A model generated the notes under the pieces. It searched no databases, was not told the origin of the DNA, and saw only the letters and a list, made by a program, of their open reading frames with translations. Shown piece by piece: positions 13,007-22,224 of a stretch of 64,000 nucleotides of DNA; the first letter of the stretch is position 1; the number at the start of each line of letters is the position of its first letter. Made by a program: the position numbers and the translations under genes. This DNA is from Opitutales bacterium (GTDB lineage Bacteria > Verrucomicrobiota > Verrucomicrobiia > Opitutales > Coraliomargaritaceae), in NCBI GenBank assembly GCA_049598495.1, contig JBMYNR010000004.1, positions 1-64,000 on the forward strand. The letters are read 5' to 3'.

Positions 13007-13585
13007 TCAGCGCAGGGTATTGATATCGACGACCTCCATACCGGCATTGCGGGCCGCCTGTATGCCGAGCTCGGTATCCTCGAATGCATGGCAACGTTCC
13101 GGCGCCACACCAATGAGTTCCGCTGCTTTCAGATAGGCGTCGGGCGCCGGCTTGGGGTTAGCCACATCGTCGGCTCCGACAACGGCCCCAAACCATTCAC
13201 GGATCTCAAGCGCCGCGAGAATCTTCTCCGCCATCCAGCGGGGGCTGCCGGTGGCAACCGCCATTGGAATGTGTTTTCGATGACTCTCCGCAATCGCACG
13301 GACCGGAATTACCGGTTGGACATCTCCCAACAACTCGAGGAAGCGTGCCTCCTTGGCGTCAGCCACCGCATGGACATCCACGATCTTTCCCTGCTCCTCG
13401 GCAAGCATATCCACAATCACGGGCGCCGGCACCCCACCAAGTGCATAAAAACGCGCTTCCCCGAACTCGATGCCCAGTTCGGACATTGAACGCGACCAGG
13501 CCACGAAGTGAATGGGCATGGTATCTGCGAGCGTCCCGTCCATATCAAAAATGAGACCGTCGTAATTATGATGAAGATTGATCAT
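13007..13585 (-). CDS. HAD-family phosphatase (YqaB/beta-PGM-like)
   Basis: IFDMDGTL, ATGS, KPAPD, FEDT.LGIQAA; start set at ATG 13585. Confidence 0.88.
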   Translation of the reverse strand: MINLHHNYDGLIFDMDGTLADTMPIHFVAWSRSMSELGIEFGEARFYALGGVPAPVIVDMLAEEQGKIVDVHAVADAKEARFLELLGDVQPVIPVRAIAESHRKHIPMAVATGSPRWMAEKILAALEIREWFGAVVGADDVANPKPAPDAYLKAAELIGVAPERCHAFEDTELGIQAARNAGMEVVDINTLR

Positions 13586-13704
13586 GCCAAGCCAGTGAAA
13601 ATACGGTAGCGAGCGCGCGTCAATGATCGATGAAAACACGGATTGTGATTGCGGGAAACAAAGATATTGAGATATTACCTCACACACTTTCGCCCGCACG
13701 CACC

Positions 13705-14391
13705 ATGCTTCGCTCCCTTCGTAACGCATTCATCACCGGGATCGTCGTCATCCTCCCTCTGGGAGTAACGATCATTGCCATCAATTTCCTCCTCGATCGT
13801 CTCGGGAAGCCTGCCAGTCATTTCTTTTTCTGGTATCTGGATGCGGAGTGGCGCGCCATGCCGGCAGTGCAATTTGCCCTCGAGATCATTTCCGTCCTCG
13901 TTGTCATTATCTTAATCACACTGCTGGGCTACGGAATACGATTTGCACTCGCCCGCTACATACTAAAGTCCGTGGAACGACTGCTCGACCGGGTGCCCTT
14001 CATCAACACGGTTTACCGCACGGTGAAGCAAATCGTGGATACCTTTAGCCAGCAAAAGAATTCGGTTTTTCAAGAAGTCGTGCTGATCGAATACCCGCGT
14101 AAACGCTGCTATGTGCTTGGTTTTCTCACCAGCACAGCCAAGGGCGAGACGCAGACTGCCACGAACGATCACATTCTCAACATCTTCGTCCCGACAACTC
14201 CTAACCCGACAAGCGGCTTTCTGCTGATGCTACCCGAAGAGGATATCACACGTCTCGAAATGAGCATTAGCGACGGCATGAAGTTGATCATCTCGGGCGG
14301 CGCAGTGGTTCCAAATCCGAAAAGCGGTGAACCCATCCAGATTGAGAACCCGCGTCAATCCGAAGGCAGCGTATCCGCCACCAATGCCTGA
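13705..14391 (+). CDS. DUF502 family membrane protein
   Basis: FITGIVVILPL, VPFINTVYRTVKQI, FVPTTPNPTSGFL, MKLIISGG. Confidence 0.9.
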   Translation: MLRSLRNAFITGIVVILPLGVTIIAINFLLDRLGKPASHFFFWYLDAEWRAMPAVQFALEIISVLVVIILITLLGYGIRFALARYILKSVERLLDRVPFINTVYRTVKQIVDTFSQQKNSVFQEVVLIEYPRKRCYVLGFLTSTAKGETQTATNDHILNIFVPTTPNPTSGFLLMLPEEDITRLEMSISDGMKLIISGGAVVPNPKSGEPIQIENPRQSEGSVSATNA

Positions 14392-14998
14392 ACACGAAGA
14401 AGCCCTTGTTTTAAAAACCGAGCCCTCGGGGGAGTCGTTTCTAAAACTCCACATTTTAACCGAGGAACAAGGCATCTTCCTATGCTTAAAACGGATTTCA
14501 AAAAGAGCGGGTCCATCGGCCGCACCGGATATCTTTGATACCGCATTGGTCATACTTGAAAACTCAAAGCAGGGCAGCCTTCGCTTTGTGAAAGAGTATC
14601 AACTCGTGAAACGCCGTGAATCCATCGGACAAAACTATCGCAGTCTCCACAGTGCCTCCACTTTTGCCCGGTTGCTCATTCGCAATGGTGCACACATGCC
14701 CGAGTCTCTCGTGCTCTTCGATCTGACCCAAAGGACACTTGATGCCTTTGCTGAAGACAAGGCACCCGAAATTGTGCTGCTAAAAAGCCTCTATCTCCTT
14801 CTTAAAGACGAGGGCTATCCCGTGCGCGAATCCTGGTGGCCGGAACTCCCTCCGGCGTGGCGGGAGCCGACCCGTGCCCTCCTCCGCCAACCGACCCCCG
14901 CAAAAACCGACCGCGAGACACGCGAATTCTGTGAACATTTGGAACAGCATCTAACCCGCTGGATGCGACACCATACCGACCTGATCCCGGGCGAATGA
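14384..14998 (+). CDS. RecO-like recombination mediator (divergent)
   Basis: N-terminal ALVLKTEPSGESFLKLHILTEEQG resembles the RecO OB-fold start; LLKDEGY resembles RecO LLxxxGy; no Zn-finger cysteines. Confidence 0.6.
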   Translation: MPEHEEALVLKTEPSGESFLKLHILTEEQGIFLCLKRISKRAGPSAAPDIFDTALVILENSKQGSLRFVKEYQLVKRRESIGQNYRSLHSASTFARLLIRNGAHMPESLVLFDLTQRTLDAFAEDKAPEIVLLKSLYLLLKDEGYPVRESWWPELPPAWREPTRALLRQPTPAKTDRETREFCEHLEQHLTRWMRHHTDLIPGE

Positions 14999-15064
14999 GC
15001 ATTTCAGGAGGGGGAATCGTGACTTCGGTTTGACAAAGACGCGCTTGGAGACCTTCTCTACTCC

Positions 15065-16132
15065 ATGTCCAAAAAAGGCGTCATCCTTCTCAACCTCGGT
15101 TCACCCGACTCCACTGAAGTCGGTGATGTTCGCACCTATCTTCGTGAATTCCTTATGGACGGCCGAGTGCTCGATGCACCCTTCCCTATCCGCTGGTTCC
15201 TGGTGAATTGTTTAATTCTACCGACCCGCCCACGCGAATCCGCCGAAGCCTACCGGGAAATTTGGCTCGAGGAGGGGTCCCCGCTCATCATCACCTCACG
15301 TAAGCAACAGGCGGCACTTCAGGGTAAACTAGACATCCCCGTGGAACTTGGAATGCGCTACGGGAACCCCTCCACCCCGAATGCACTCAAGAGCCTCATC
15401 GACCAGGGTGTCGATGATCTCTTTATCATTCCGATGTATCCCCACTACGCGATGTCGAGCTACGAGACTGCGGTCGTTGCATTGATGGACTCCGTCCGCG
15501 AACAGAAGCCCGATATGAAGACCACACTTCTGCCCCCATATTACCAGGACCCGGGATACATCGACGCACTGGTCCAAAAAGCGCACGCTTCGATTGAGGG
15601 GCAGGACTTTGATCAACTCGTTTTTTCCTTTCACGGCATTCCGCAGCGACATCTGGTTAAGGGCGACCCCTCTCACAACCACTGCCTCACCACACCCGAC
15701 TGCTGCAACACCTGCCACCCGGCACACGCCACCTGCTACCGTCATCAGTGCGCAATGACGGTCGAAAAATTCGTCGCGGCCGCGAATCTACCCAAGGATA
15801 AATATATGATTACATTCCAGAGCCGCCTTGGCCGGGAACCCTGGTTGCAGCCCTACACCGACAAGTCCCTCGAACAACTGGCAAAACAGGGCAACAAGAA
15901 GGTGAAGGTTATGTGTCCTGCCTTCACCGCAGATTGCCTCGAGACGCTCGAGGAGATCGCCATGCAGGGTCGCGACAGTTTCTTTGAAGCCGGAGGAGAG
16001 GATTTTGAGCAAATCCCCTGCCTGAATGAATCGCCGGGCTTTATCGACTTTCTGGCAAACAAGGTGGAAGCTTGGCGGGCAGGTGCCTTCGAAACCGAAA
16101 AAGCGACACCGCCAGCTTACGTTGAGCGCTAA
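15065..16132 (+). CDS. hemH: ferrochelatase
   Basis: [48 protein letters not shown]. Confidence 0.97.
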   Translation: MSKKGVILLNLGSPDSTEVGDVRTYLREFLMDGRVLDAPFPIRWFLVNCLILPTRPRESAEAYREIWLEEGSPLIITSRKQQAALQGKLDIPVELGMRYGNPSTPNALKSLIDQGVDDLFIIPMYPHYAMSSYETAVVALMDSVREQKPDMKTTLLPPYYQDPGYIDALVQKAHASIEGQDFDQLVFSFHGIPQRHLVKGDPSHNHCLTTPDCCNTCHPAHATCYRHQCAMTVEKFVAAANLPKDKYMITFQSRLGREPWLQPYTDKSLEQLAKQGNKKVKVMCPAFTADCLETLEEIAMQGRDSFFEAGGEDFEQIPCLNESPGFIDFLANKVEAWRAGAFETEKATPPAYVER

Positions 16133-16187
16133 CGCTTGATGGTTGGCAAACTCGAAACAGGCTGCCTATAACTAGGGCCTTTCGATC

Positions 16188-17048
16188 ATGCTTGAAGAAA
16201 TTTCTATAACAGACGGCAGCGCCTTCGCGGTGGCCGCAGCCATCTATGGCGCCGCGTTCCTATATGGCCTGTTTGTGCTCCTATCGAAACGTCTCTACTC
16301 ACGGGCAATCATGTTCGCACTTCTGCTCGGAGGCTTTCTGATTCAGACCCTCGGGCTCAACCTACGGGGGGCCGCCATTAAGTCCTGCCCTTTAGGCAAT
16401 CCCTTCGAGATCGCCCAATTTCTCGCTTGGTCCCTCATTTTACTCTTCTTCATCATCGGCCCCGCTTTTCGTTTGCGACTGCTCGGGTTCTTCACCGCAG
16501 GGCTGAGCACCCTGCTTGCCGGGGGCAGCTTTTCCGTCCCATCCTGGGACCACCCCTACCCGCCGGGCATCTTCGGGGGGAACCCTTGGATCGAACTACA
16601 CGCAGCGCTCGCCATCTTCAGCTACGGGGTTTTCGCAATTCTATCCCTTGTCTCGATCATGTTCCTAATCCAGGAGCGAGGGCTTAAGAAGAAACAATTC
16701 AAAGGCGTCTACCAGTTCCTGCCCTCAGTCCAACAACTCGACCTCATGGCCAAGCGGCTGTTAATTACAGGAGTTATTGTTCTGAGTGCTTCGCTTGTTT
16801 TCGGCGCTGTCTTCTGGGTGGATAATTTCGAATTGGTCCCCATCTTAAAACTGAGCGCCACCTGTCTCGTGTGGTTCGGCTACTTGTTGGTATTCGTGCT
16901 CCGTCTACAGAAGAGGCTCTCGACCCGCCGTCATGCCTTCGCATCGATCGCGCTATTCGCCCTAGCCTTGGCCTCACTCTGGCCCGTTGAATCCGCACGT
17001 GACACGCAGCACTCTGTCTCTTTGCTCGAGACAAGCAGCGAACTCTAG
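16188..17048 (+). CDS. cytochrome c assembly / HemX-like membrane protein (CcsA family)
   Basis: About 8 TM helices, [29 protein letters not shown]; follows hemH. Confidence 0.8.
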   Translation: MLEEISITDGSAFAVAAAIYGAAFLYGLFVLLSKRLYSRAIMFALLLGGFLIQTLGLNLRGAAIKSCPLGNPFEIAQFLAWSLILLFFIIGPAFRLRLLGFFTAGLSTLLAGGSFSVPSWDHPYPPGIFGGNPWIELHAALAIFSYGVFAILSLVSIMFLIQERGLKKKQFKGVYQFLPSVQQLDLMAKRLLITGVIVLSASLVFGAVFWVDNFELVPILKLSATCLVWFGYLLVFVLRLQKRLSTRRHAFASIALFALALASLWPVESARDTQHSVSLLETSSEL

Positions 17049-17317
17049 AGCATGTTGCATTTAGTTAGAACCACTGGTGAGAGCCGTTTTGTGAGCAGCG
17101 CAAGGCGGCCCGTCAGGCGTGCACCGGGGTGCATAACTGACGGGGCAACGCCGCGACCTCACGAAAAAGGCCTCATCCCGAAGGGACTGGTCGGCTTTTG
17201 GCTCTCAGCTGCGTTGGTCGCAGCGATACGGGTCTCGACCCGCACACGCTGCACCCGCCTTGCTGAAAGCCAAAATCCAAACCAGCCAGTTATTCTACCT
17301 AAATGCAAAATGCTATA
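17046..17317. mobile_element. non-autonomous MITE-like element (family D), 272 bp
   Basis: Imperfect TIRs TAGAGCATGTTGCATTTAGTTAGAA and (revcomp) TATAGCATTTTGCATTTAGGTAGAA; shorter copy at 56708-56806. Confidence 0.75.
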
Positions 17318-17324
17318 GTTCAAA

Positions 17325-17759
17325 CTAATCGCAGAACGCACTCGCGCCTGACTCAACAAAGGGGTTGATTACCTCGATCGTTTCGTAGGTTTGGCCAGGA
17401 CTCAGGTCTTCCGAGTAGAGTCGTGTGCAGCCGCAGGCTTCTGCCGCGGCGAAAATCATGCCGTCCCAGTGGCTGATTTTGTATTGTGCTTGAAGGTAGC
17501 GCGCGCGAAGGAAGGTGTGCACGGTGAGTGCTTGCGGTTGAAACCGAAGCCAGCATTCAATCCAACGTAGTTCCTCCTCGAAACTGAGATTTTGTTTCTT
17601 TGGATGCCGAGCATTGACCGTGAACTCATTGAGGACCTGAACGGAAAGGTAGAGGTCGTCTTGTAGAAGGAGCTCTCTGGCGATCTTCGTCTTTCGTGGG
17701 ATGGGGGCACTTCGGTCGGCCGCGTAAATGAGGATATTGGTGTCAAGGAATCCGCTCAT
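17325..17759 (-). CDS. vapC: PIN-domain toxin (VapC family)
   Basis: FLDTNILIYA, SVQVLNEF, SHWDGMIFAAA..CGC..LYSED, INPF. Confidence 0.9.
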   Translation of the reverse strand: MSGFLDTNILIYAADRSAPIPRKTKIARELLLQDDLYLSVQVLNEFTVNARHPKKQNLSFEEELRWIECWLRFQPQALTVHTFLRARYLQAQYKISHWDGMIFAAAEACGCTRLYSEDLSPGQTYETIEVINPFVESGASAFCD

Positions 17760-17940
17760 TGTAGATCTCCTCGCGGCTTAGTGGCTCGACAGGTGCCGCC
17801 TTGTAGTCGGCTTGAGACTCGGCGAGTTCAAAAAGCGATTGTATCGCGTCGACCCGCGCCTGATCTGTGCGGTTTATGTCCCCATCCAGGGAGTTCAGAT
17901 AATCCCGAACCATGGCGCTGACGGAGGTGCCGTCCCTACC
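17743..17940 (-). pseudogene. 5'-truncated RHH/CopG-type antitoxin (not in the ORF track)
   Basis: Translates GRDGTSVSAMVRDYLNSL...LSREEIYNERIP*, overlapping the vapC start; in-frame TAG just upstream and no start before internal ATG 17913. Confidence 0.7.
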
Positions 17941-18007
17941 AGCCTCAGTTAGGACCTAACATTCGTAATTTGGTATTATTGAAGTCAGGAAGAGGTGACT
18001 ACCCGGG

Positions 18008-18457
18008 TCACTCAACCTTCTCCATCGGGATCTTGTTGGCGGTGCTCACGGCGAGGACGGGCACTTTCGTTTTGATCCAGATGTTTTGCTCCTTAAAGAG
18101 TTTGGCGGTCACGATTTCGCAGGCCTCGCCGATGGTCTCTACAGGCATCCGGCGTCCCTTTGGGGTGGTGTTGAATTCGTAGGCGGCCTTGATGATTCGA
18201 TCGGGCGCCACAGTGACACTATCGTCCTCGGGAATCTGGACGACCCAGCCAGTGAGATCCTTCTCGGAAAGCTCGCCTTCAGGATCTGAGAGCACGATGG
18301 AAAACTGCTTTTTAATAGGCGGCGGACGGTTGGCGCGCTCCTCTTCCTCGGCTTTGAGTTCCATGTCGATATCCTGTAGGATCTCGTTTATTTTACGGAT
18401 ATCAGTCTCGTTACGCTGAAGAATAAGTTTAAGTGTCTCTATGTCGATTTTAGCCAT
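18008..18457 (-). CDS. hypothetical protein
   Basis: 149-aa ORF with protein-like composition, co-oriented with and 36 nt after the peptidase. Confidence 0.75.
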   Translation of the reverse strand: MAKIDIETLKLILQRNETDIRKINEILQDIDMELKAEEEERANRPPPIKKQFSIVLSDPEGELSEKDLTGWVVQIPEDDSVTVAPDRIIKAAYEFNTTPKGRRMPVETIGEACEIVTAKLFKEQNIWIKTKVPVLAVSTANKIPMEKVE

Positions 18458-18493
18458 AGGGTCAGAGTGAGGGGAGTATCGCGGGCGAGTCGA

Positions 18494-21400
18494 TTATTTT
18501 TCTCGGCTGAAGAGAATTTCGGCCTGATCGACTGATTTATGAATGGCTCCCATATCGTCAATTCGGGTGTATTCACCGGTATCACCCCAATCCCATGTCT
18601 TGCCGATGACATAGTGTTTAACCGGCAGCTCAGCACTGGCGGAATCGATCTCGACGGTATCGGATACAGTGCTGATCACTTGCGTCGCCATCGCATCGCC
18701 ACGATCCAGGCGGGAGATGACGACAATATTCTCCTTGGTTTGGTAAATGGTATCGATTTGAATGCGCCACGCGGCATCGGGAGCATCAAGACGAATCGTG
18801 ATCGGAGTCGTCACTGCTTCGGCAATCTTCGTTGTTTCAGATTTCGCAAGTGAACCGGCGGCAACTTCGATCAGTGCTTCGGGGTCAAAATATCTACGGA
18901 TGGCTGTGTTCACCTGTTCCGTGCTGATTTTACGCAGACGCATTGGATATTGGTCAATATATTCTGGGTCGAAGCCACGTCGCATGAAGCTGCTCAACTG
19001 TCCGGCAACCGCAGCGGTGGTAGAAAGTCCTACGAGGTAGGCACCGTTGAGGGTCTCGATCGCACGGGCCACTTCCTCATCCGTGACACCCTCGTCATAC
19101 CACTGAGTAAGGACTTCTCGTGTCGCTTCCAGACCCTGGCTGAGCATGGAGGGTGCGAAACTCGCCGACAATAACCAGTTGCCTGGAGTCACAATGTCTC
19201 CTTGGTGGCGGCTGCGAATGTCGTAGGTCAGTCCCTGGTTCTTGCGGATCTCTGTCATGAGACGCGAATGGAAGCTTCCGCCCAAAATATAATTGCCCAG
19301 CATGAAGGGGAGGTAGTCGTCGTCGGTGCGCTGAAGCTCTGTGTTGTAGGCGAGGCGAACGGCAACACTGGTTTTGTCTTCGATGTAGATACGTTCCGAA
19401 AGTGGCCGATTCTCCAGCTGTTCTGTCTCGAGTTCTGGATAGGCTTGCCCCCCTGACCAATCTTCGAAGGCGTTGCCGACGGCGGCTCGGAGTTGCTCGA
19501 AATCGATGTCGCCGACAAAAATCAAACGCATTGATTCAGTGCCGTAATGGGCGGAATGAAAGGCCTTTAGTTCTTCCACGCTGGTCGCTTCCAAATCATC
19601 CAGCAGAGTATCAATCGGGGTGCTGAAATTAATGTGTGTCTCCGGGTAGAGGAGGCGCGAGAGGAGAGCACCCGCCCGGTAGTCCGGGTTGTCAATGGCT
19701 TGTAGAAGGCCGGCCTTTTGACGAATCTTCAGTGTCTCGAAAACATCGGGGTTGAATGTGGGGTTGCGTAGTTGGTCGGCGAGGAGTTCCATCACGGGGC
19801 CTGCATCCGTCCTTAGGAATTTTCCAGAGAAACCGAGCGTTTGGGAGTCGGAGCTGAAATGGATGGCCGCTCCCAATGTATCCAACTGCTCCGCAATCTC
19901 GAAGCGGTCTGCCCCCGTGGTGCCCTGATCAAGCATGCTGGCAGTCAGGCTCGCAAGCATCGGTCGATCGAGTGGACTCAGGCTGTCGCCTGCGGCCATA
20001 CTTCCGACAAACGAAACCACGCCTTCGATCGGCATATCGATTGCGATGAGTTCGATGGGGCCGATGTCAGCGCGCTGCATCCGCGAGGAAAAATCAACCA
20101 CGGCCTCAGAGCTCGCAGCAGCAGGGGTTCTGTTTGTGGCCTCATGGCTATGTGTCTCGTAGATTTCGGGGTCGCGAAAGAAGTTCGGCCCCGGCATCGA
20201 ATCGCGACTTGCGGTCAGGGTATTGACGATCTCGGGAATAAACCAACCCGTTGTACTCGTGTCGGCGACAAAGTATTCGGCAGCGGCTTTCTTGAGGTCT
20301 TCCGGACTGACGGATTGGATCGCCTGCGGGAGGTTCACGTAGGCGGTCCAGTCACCCATCGCGATGGCTTCATTGATTTCGTCAGCAATTCGGTAGGGGC
20401 CATCACGACCGTAGAAGGTGCTCGCTTCGATGACCGACTTTGCTCTGGCGATTTCGTCAGCGGATACGCCCCCGCTGATGAGTGTTTCAATCTCCTCGAG
20501 AATGATGGTCTCGACCTCTTCATGGGTCGCGTCAGGAGTTAGGTAGGCTCCGAAGATGAAGAGACCTGGGTCCCGAAGCAGCGGGCCAAAGGTAAAGGTC
20601 GCATTGGCTTTGCCCTTATCTTCCAGGGAGCGATAGAGGCGCCCCGTTTTATCTGCGCCGAGAATTTGCTGGAGGAGGGTGAGTGCCGCCCAGTCATCGT
20701 GAGTGCCCTCCGGTACTTTGAAACCAATCATGACAACTCCGGTCTGTCCGGCTCTGCGGATCGTCACGCGGCGGGGTCCGGTCTGCTCCGGTTCACTTGT
20801 CTCGACAGCAGGAATGGCCCGGGGGGCGGCAGGCACGGCACCGTAGTGCTCCGCAATGGCAGCGAGTGTCGCCGCCTTCTCAAATCCACCGATGATTGTG
20901 ATGTAGGCGTTTTCCGGCCAATAGTAGGTGTCATAGAATTCGCGCAGTTTTTCAACGGAGGTGTTTTCGATATCTGATCGCCAACCGATCGTTGGATGAC
21001 TGTAGGGATGAGCCATGTATGCGGTGGCAAAGAGTTCCTTGATTAGGGTACGAACGGGACTGTTTTCTCCTCGCTCGTATTCGTTGCGCACCACGGTCAT
21101 CTCCGAGTTTAGATCTTCCTCGCGGATACGGAGATTACGCATGCGGTCGGCCTCCAGCTTGATCGTCATGGGGACATACTGGCTGGGGAGGGTGGCGTAG
21201 TAGTTCGTCCGATCGAACCAGGTCGTGGCATTCGAACGCGCCCCGATACGCTCCATTTGAGTTGAATAATCATCGCCCTCGGTGCCGTCCTCGCTATTGA
21301 AGCGAGGGGTTCCCTTAAACATCATATGTTCGAGAATATGTGTGGCGCCCGTCGTCCCGGCGACTTCATTGCGTGAGCCCACCTTGTAGGTGACCATGAC

Positions 21401-21589
21401 CGTGGCCACAGGGAGAACCTCATTTGGCATAAGCAGGATGCCCATTCCATTCGAGCTGAGCCGGTATTCTTCCACATGACCGCATGTTTGGACGTGCTCG
21501 ACGCCCTCAGGTAGTTCATTGGCAAAGCCAGTTAGTGTGGTCGCAAGCACCAGCAGGGGAAGTCGAAGAAATTTCATAAATCTATACAT
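18494..21589 (-). CDS. M16 family zinc peptidase with C-terminal extension
   Basis: Signal peptide, HILEHMMFKGT (HxxEH), NATTWFDRTNY, second half with SRL..EIR...GLTY. Confidence 0.92.
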   Translation of the reverse strand: MYRFMKFLRLPLLVLATTLTGFANELPEGVEHVQTCGHVEEYRLSSNGMGILLMPNEVLPVATVMVTYKVGSRNEVAGTTGATHILEHMMFKGTPRFNSEDGTEGDDYSTQMERIGARSNATTWFDRTNYYATLPSQYVPMTIKLEADRMRNLRIREEDLNSEMTVVRNEYERGENSPVRTLIKELFATAYMAHPYSHPTIGWRSDIENTSVEKLREFYDTYYWPENAYITIIGGFEKAATLAAIAEHYGAVPAAPRAIPAVETSEPEQTGPRRVTIRRAGQTGVVMIGFKVPEGTHDDWAALTLLQQILGADKTGRLYRSLEDKGKANATFTFGPLLRDPGLFIFGAYLTPDATHEEVETIILEEIETLISGGVSADEIARAKSVIEASTFYGRDGPYRIADEINEAIAMGDWTAYVNLPQAIQSVSPEDLKKAAAEYFVADTSTTGWFIPEIVNTLTASRDSMPGPNFFRDPEIYETHSHEATNRTPAAASSEAVVDFSSRMQRADIGPIELIAIDMPIEGVVSFVGSMAAGDSLSPLDRPMLASLTASMLDQGTTGADRFEIAEQLDTLGAAIHFSSDSQTLGFSGKFLRTDAGPVMELLADQLRNPTFNPDVFETLKIRQKAGLLQAIDNPDYRAGALLSRLLYPETHINFSTPIDTLLDDLEATSVEELKAFHSAHYGTESMRLIFVGDIDFEQLRAAVGNAFEDWSGGQAYPELETEQLENRPLSERIYIEDKTSVAVRLAYNTELQRTDDDYLPFMLGNYILGGSFHSRLMTEIRKNQGLTYDIRSRHQGDIVTPGNWLLSASFAPSMLSQGLEATREVLTQWYDEGVTDEEVARAIETLNGAYLVGLSTTAAVAGQLSSFMRRGFDPEYIDQYPMRLRKISTEQVNTAIRRYFDPEALIEVAAGSLAKSETTKIAEAVTTPITIRLDAPDAAWRIQIDTIYQTKENIVVISRLDRGDAMATQVISTVSDTVEIDSASAELPVKHYVIGKTWDWGDTGEYTRIDDMGAIHKSVDQAEILFSREK

Positions 21590-21668
21590 TGTCCGAAACA
21601 GCCAGTGAATGTTCCCGATCAGCTAAGGCAAGTATGCTCCTTGAATTTGTAAGCGGGTGTTTTGGATT

Positions 21669-21821
21669 GTAGGGGCGTTGCTTGCGACGCCCGAGTCGTG
21701 TTTGGGCGGGTGCCGCTAGCGACACTCCTGCGGATGTGGGTCATTGTTTTGTAGAACGCTGACGGCAGTCAGTGTTTGGACGCTTGCCAGACGCCCACAA
21801 CGACTGTCGTCGTCGTGCTAC
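21669..21821. repeat. two GTAG-type REP doublets flanked by a 15-bp direct repeat
   Basis: GTAGGGGCGTTGCTTGCGACGCCCG...(21669-21731) and GTAGAACGCTGAC...GTCGTGCTAC (~21751-21821); GCTCCTTGAATTTGT at 21636 and 21867. Confidence 0.7.
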
Positions 21822-21945
21822 GATATAATTTTACCGCGTGGGTATGAAATGCGCCCTTTTAAGTTGGCTCCTTGAATTTGTTCTTGGAACTTAGATCCTA
21901 ACGATCACTGTATCGGAGGTCGATTACCCCTTCTGCCTACCTCAT

Positions 21946-22212
21946 ATGGAAGTGAACCACTCTCGTGCGCACTACCGTGCCTGTCTCAAGATCACCCTCA
22001 TCCTGCTCGCGTTTTGGTTTTTGATCAGTTTTGCTGCGGGGATCCTTTTTCGCGATTGGCTGGATACTAACCTGCCGGCCGTTGGATCGGCTCCCTTCGG
22101 TTTCTGGATGGCTCAGCAAGGCTCGATCATTGGCTTCATTGTCCTTTTGATTGCCTATGCTTTGTTGATGAACCGGCTCGACTGTAAACACGGTTATACC
22201 GAGGAAAACTAA
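21946..22212 (+). CDS. DUF4212 small symporter accessory membrane protein
   Basis: LLAFWFLISF, PFGFWMAQQGSI, directly upstream of an SSS transporter. Confidence 0.9.
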   Translation: MEVNHSRAHYRACLKITLILLAFWFLISFAAGILFRDWLDTNLPAVGSAPFGFWMAQQGSIIGFIVLLIAYALLMNRLDCKHGYTEEN

Positions 22213-22224
22213 TTCCTTCGTTTC

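Noticed and set aside
17052..17318. ORFs within repeats (also 4081-4449, 26147-26716, 28304-28624, 40698-40886, 58442-58804)
   Set aside because: Translations of MITE or REP sequence, not supported as genes.
17958..17986. Canonical dif site
   Set aside because: TAA and TTA are 7 nt apart rather than 6, there is no TTATGTTAAAT-like XerD arm, and the skew polarity is origin-type rather than terminus-type.
21840..21856. Sigma-54 promoter for the symporter (GG-N10-GC)
   Set aside because: Lacks the TGGC and TTGC context; this spacing arises often by chance.
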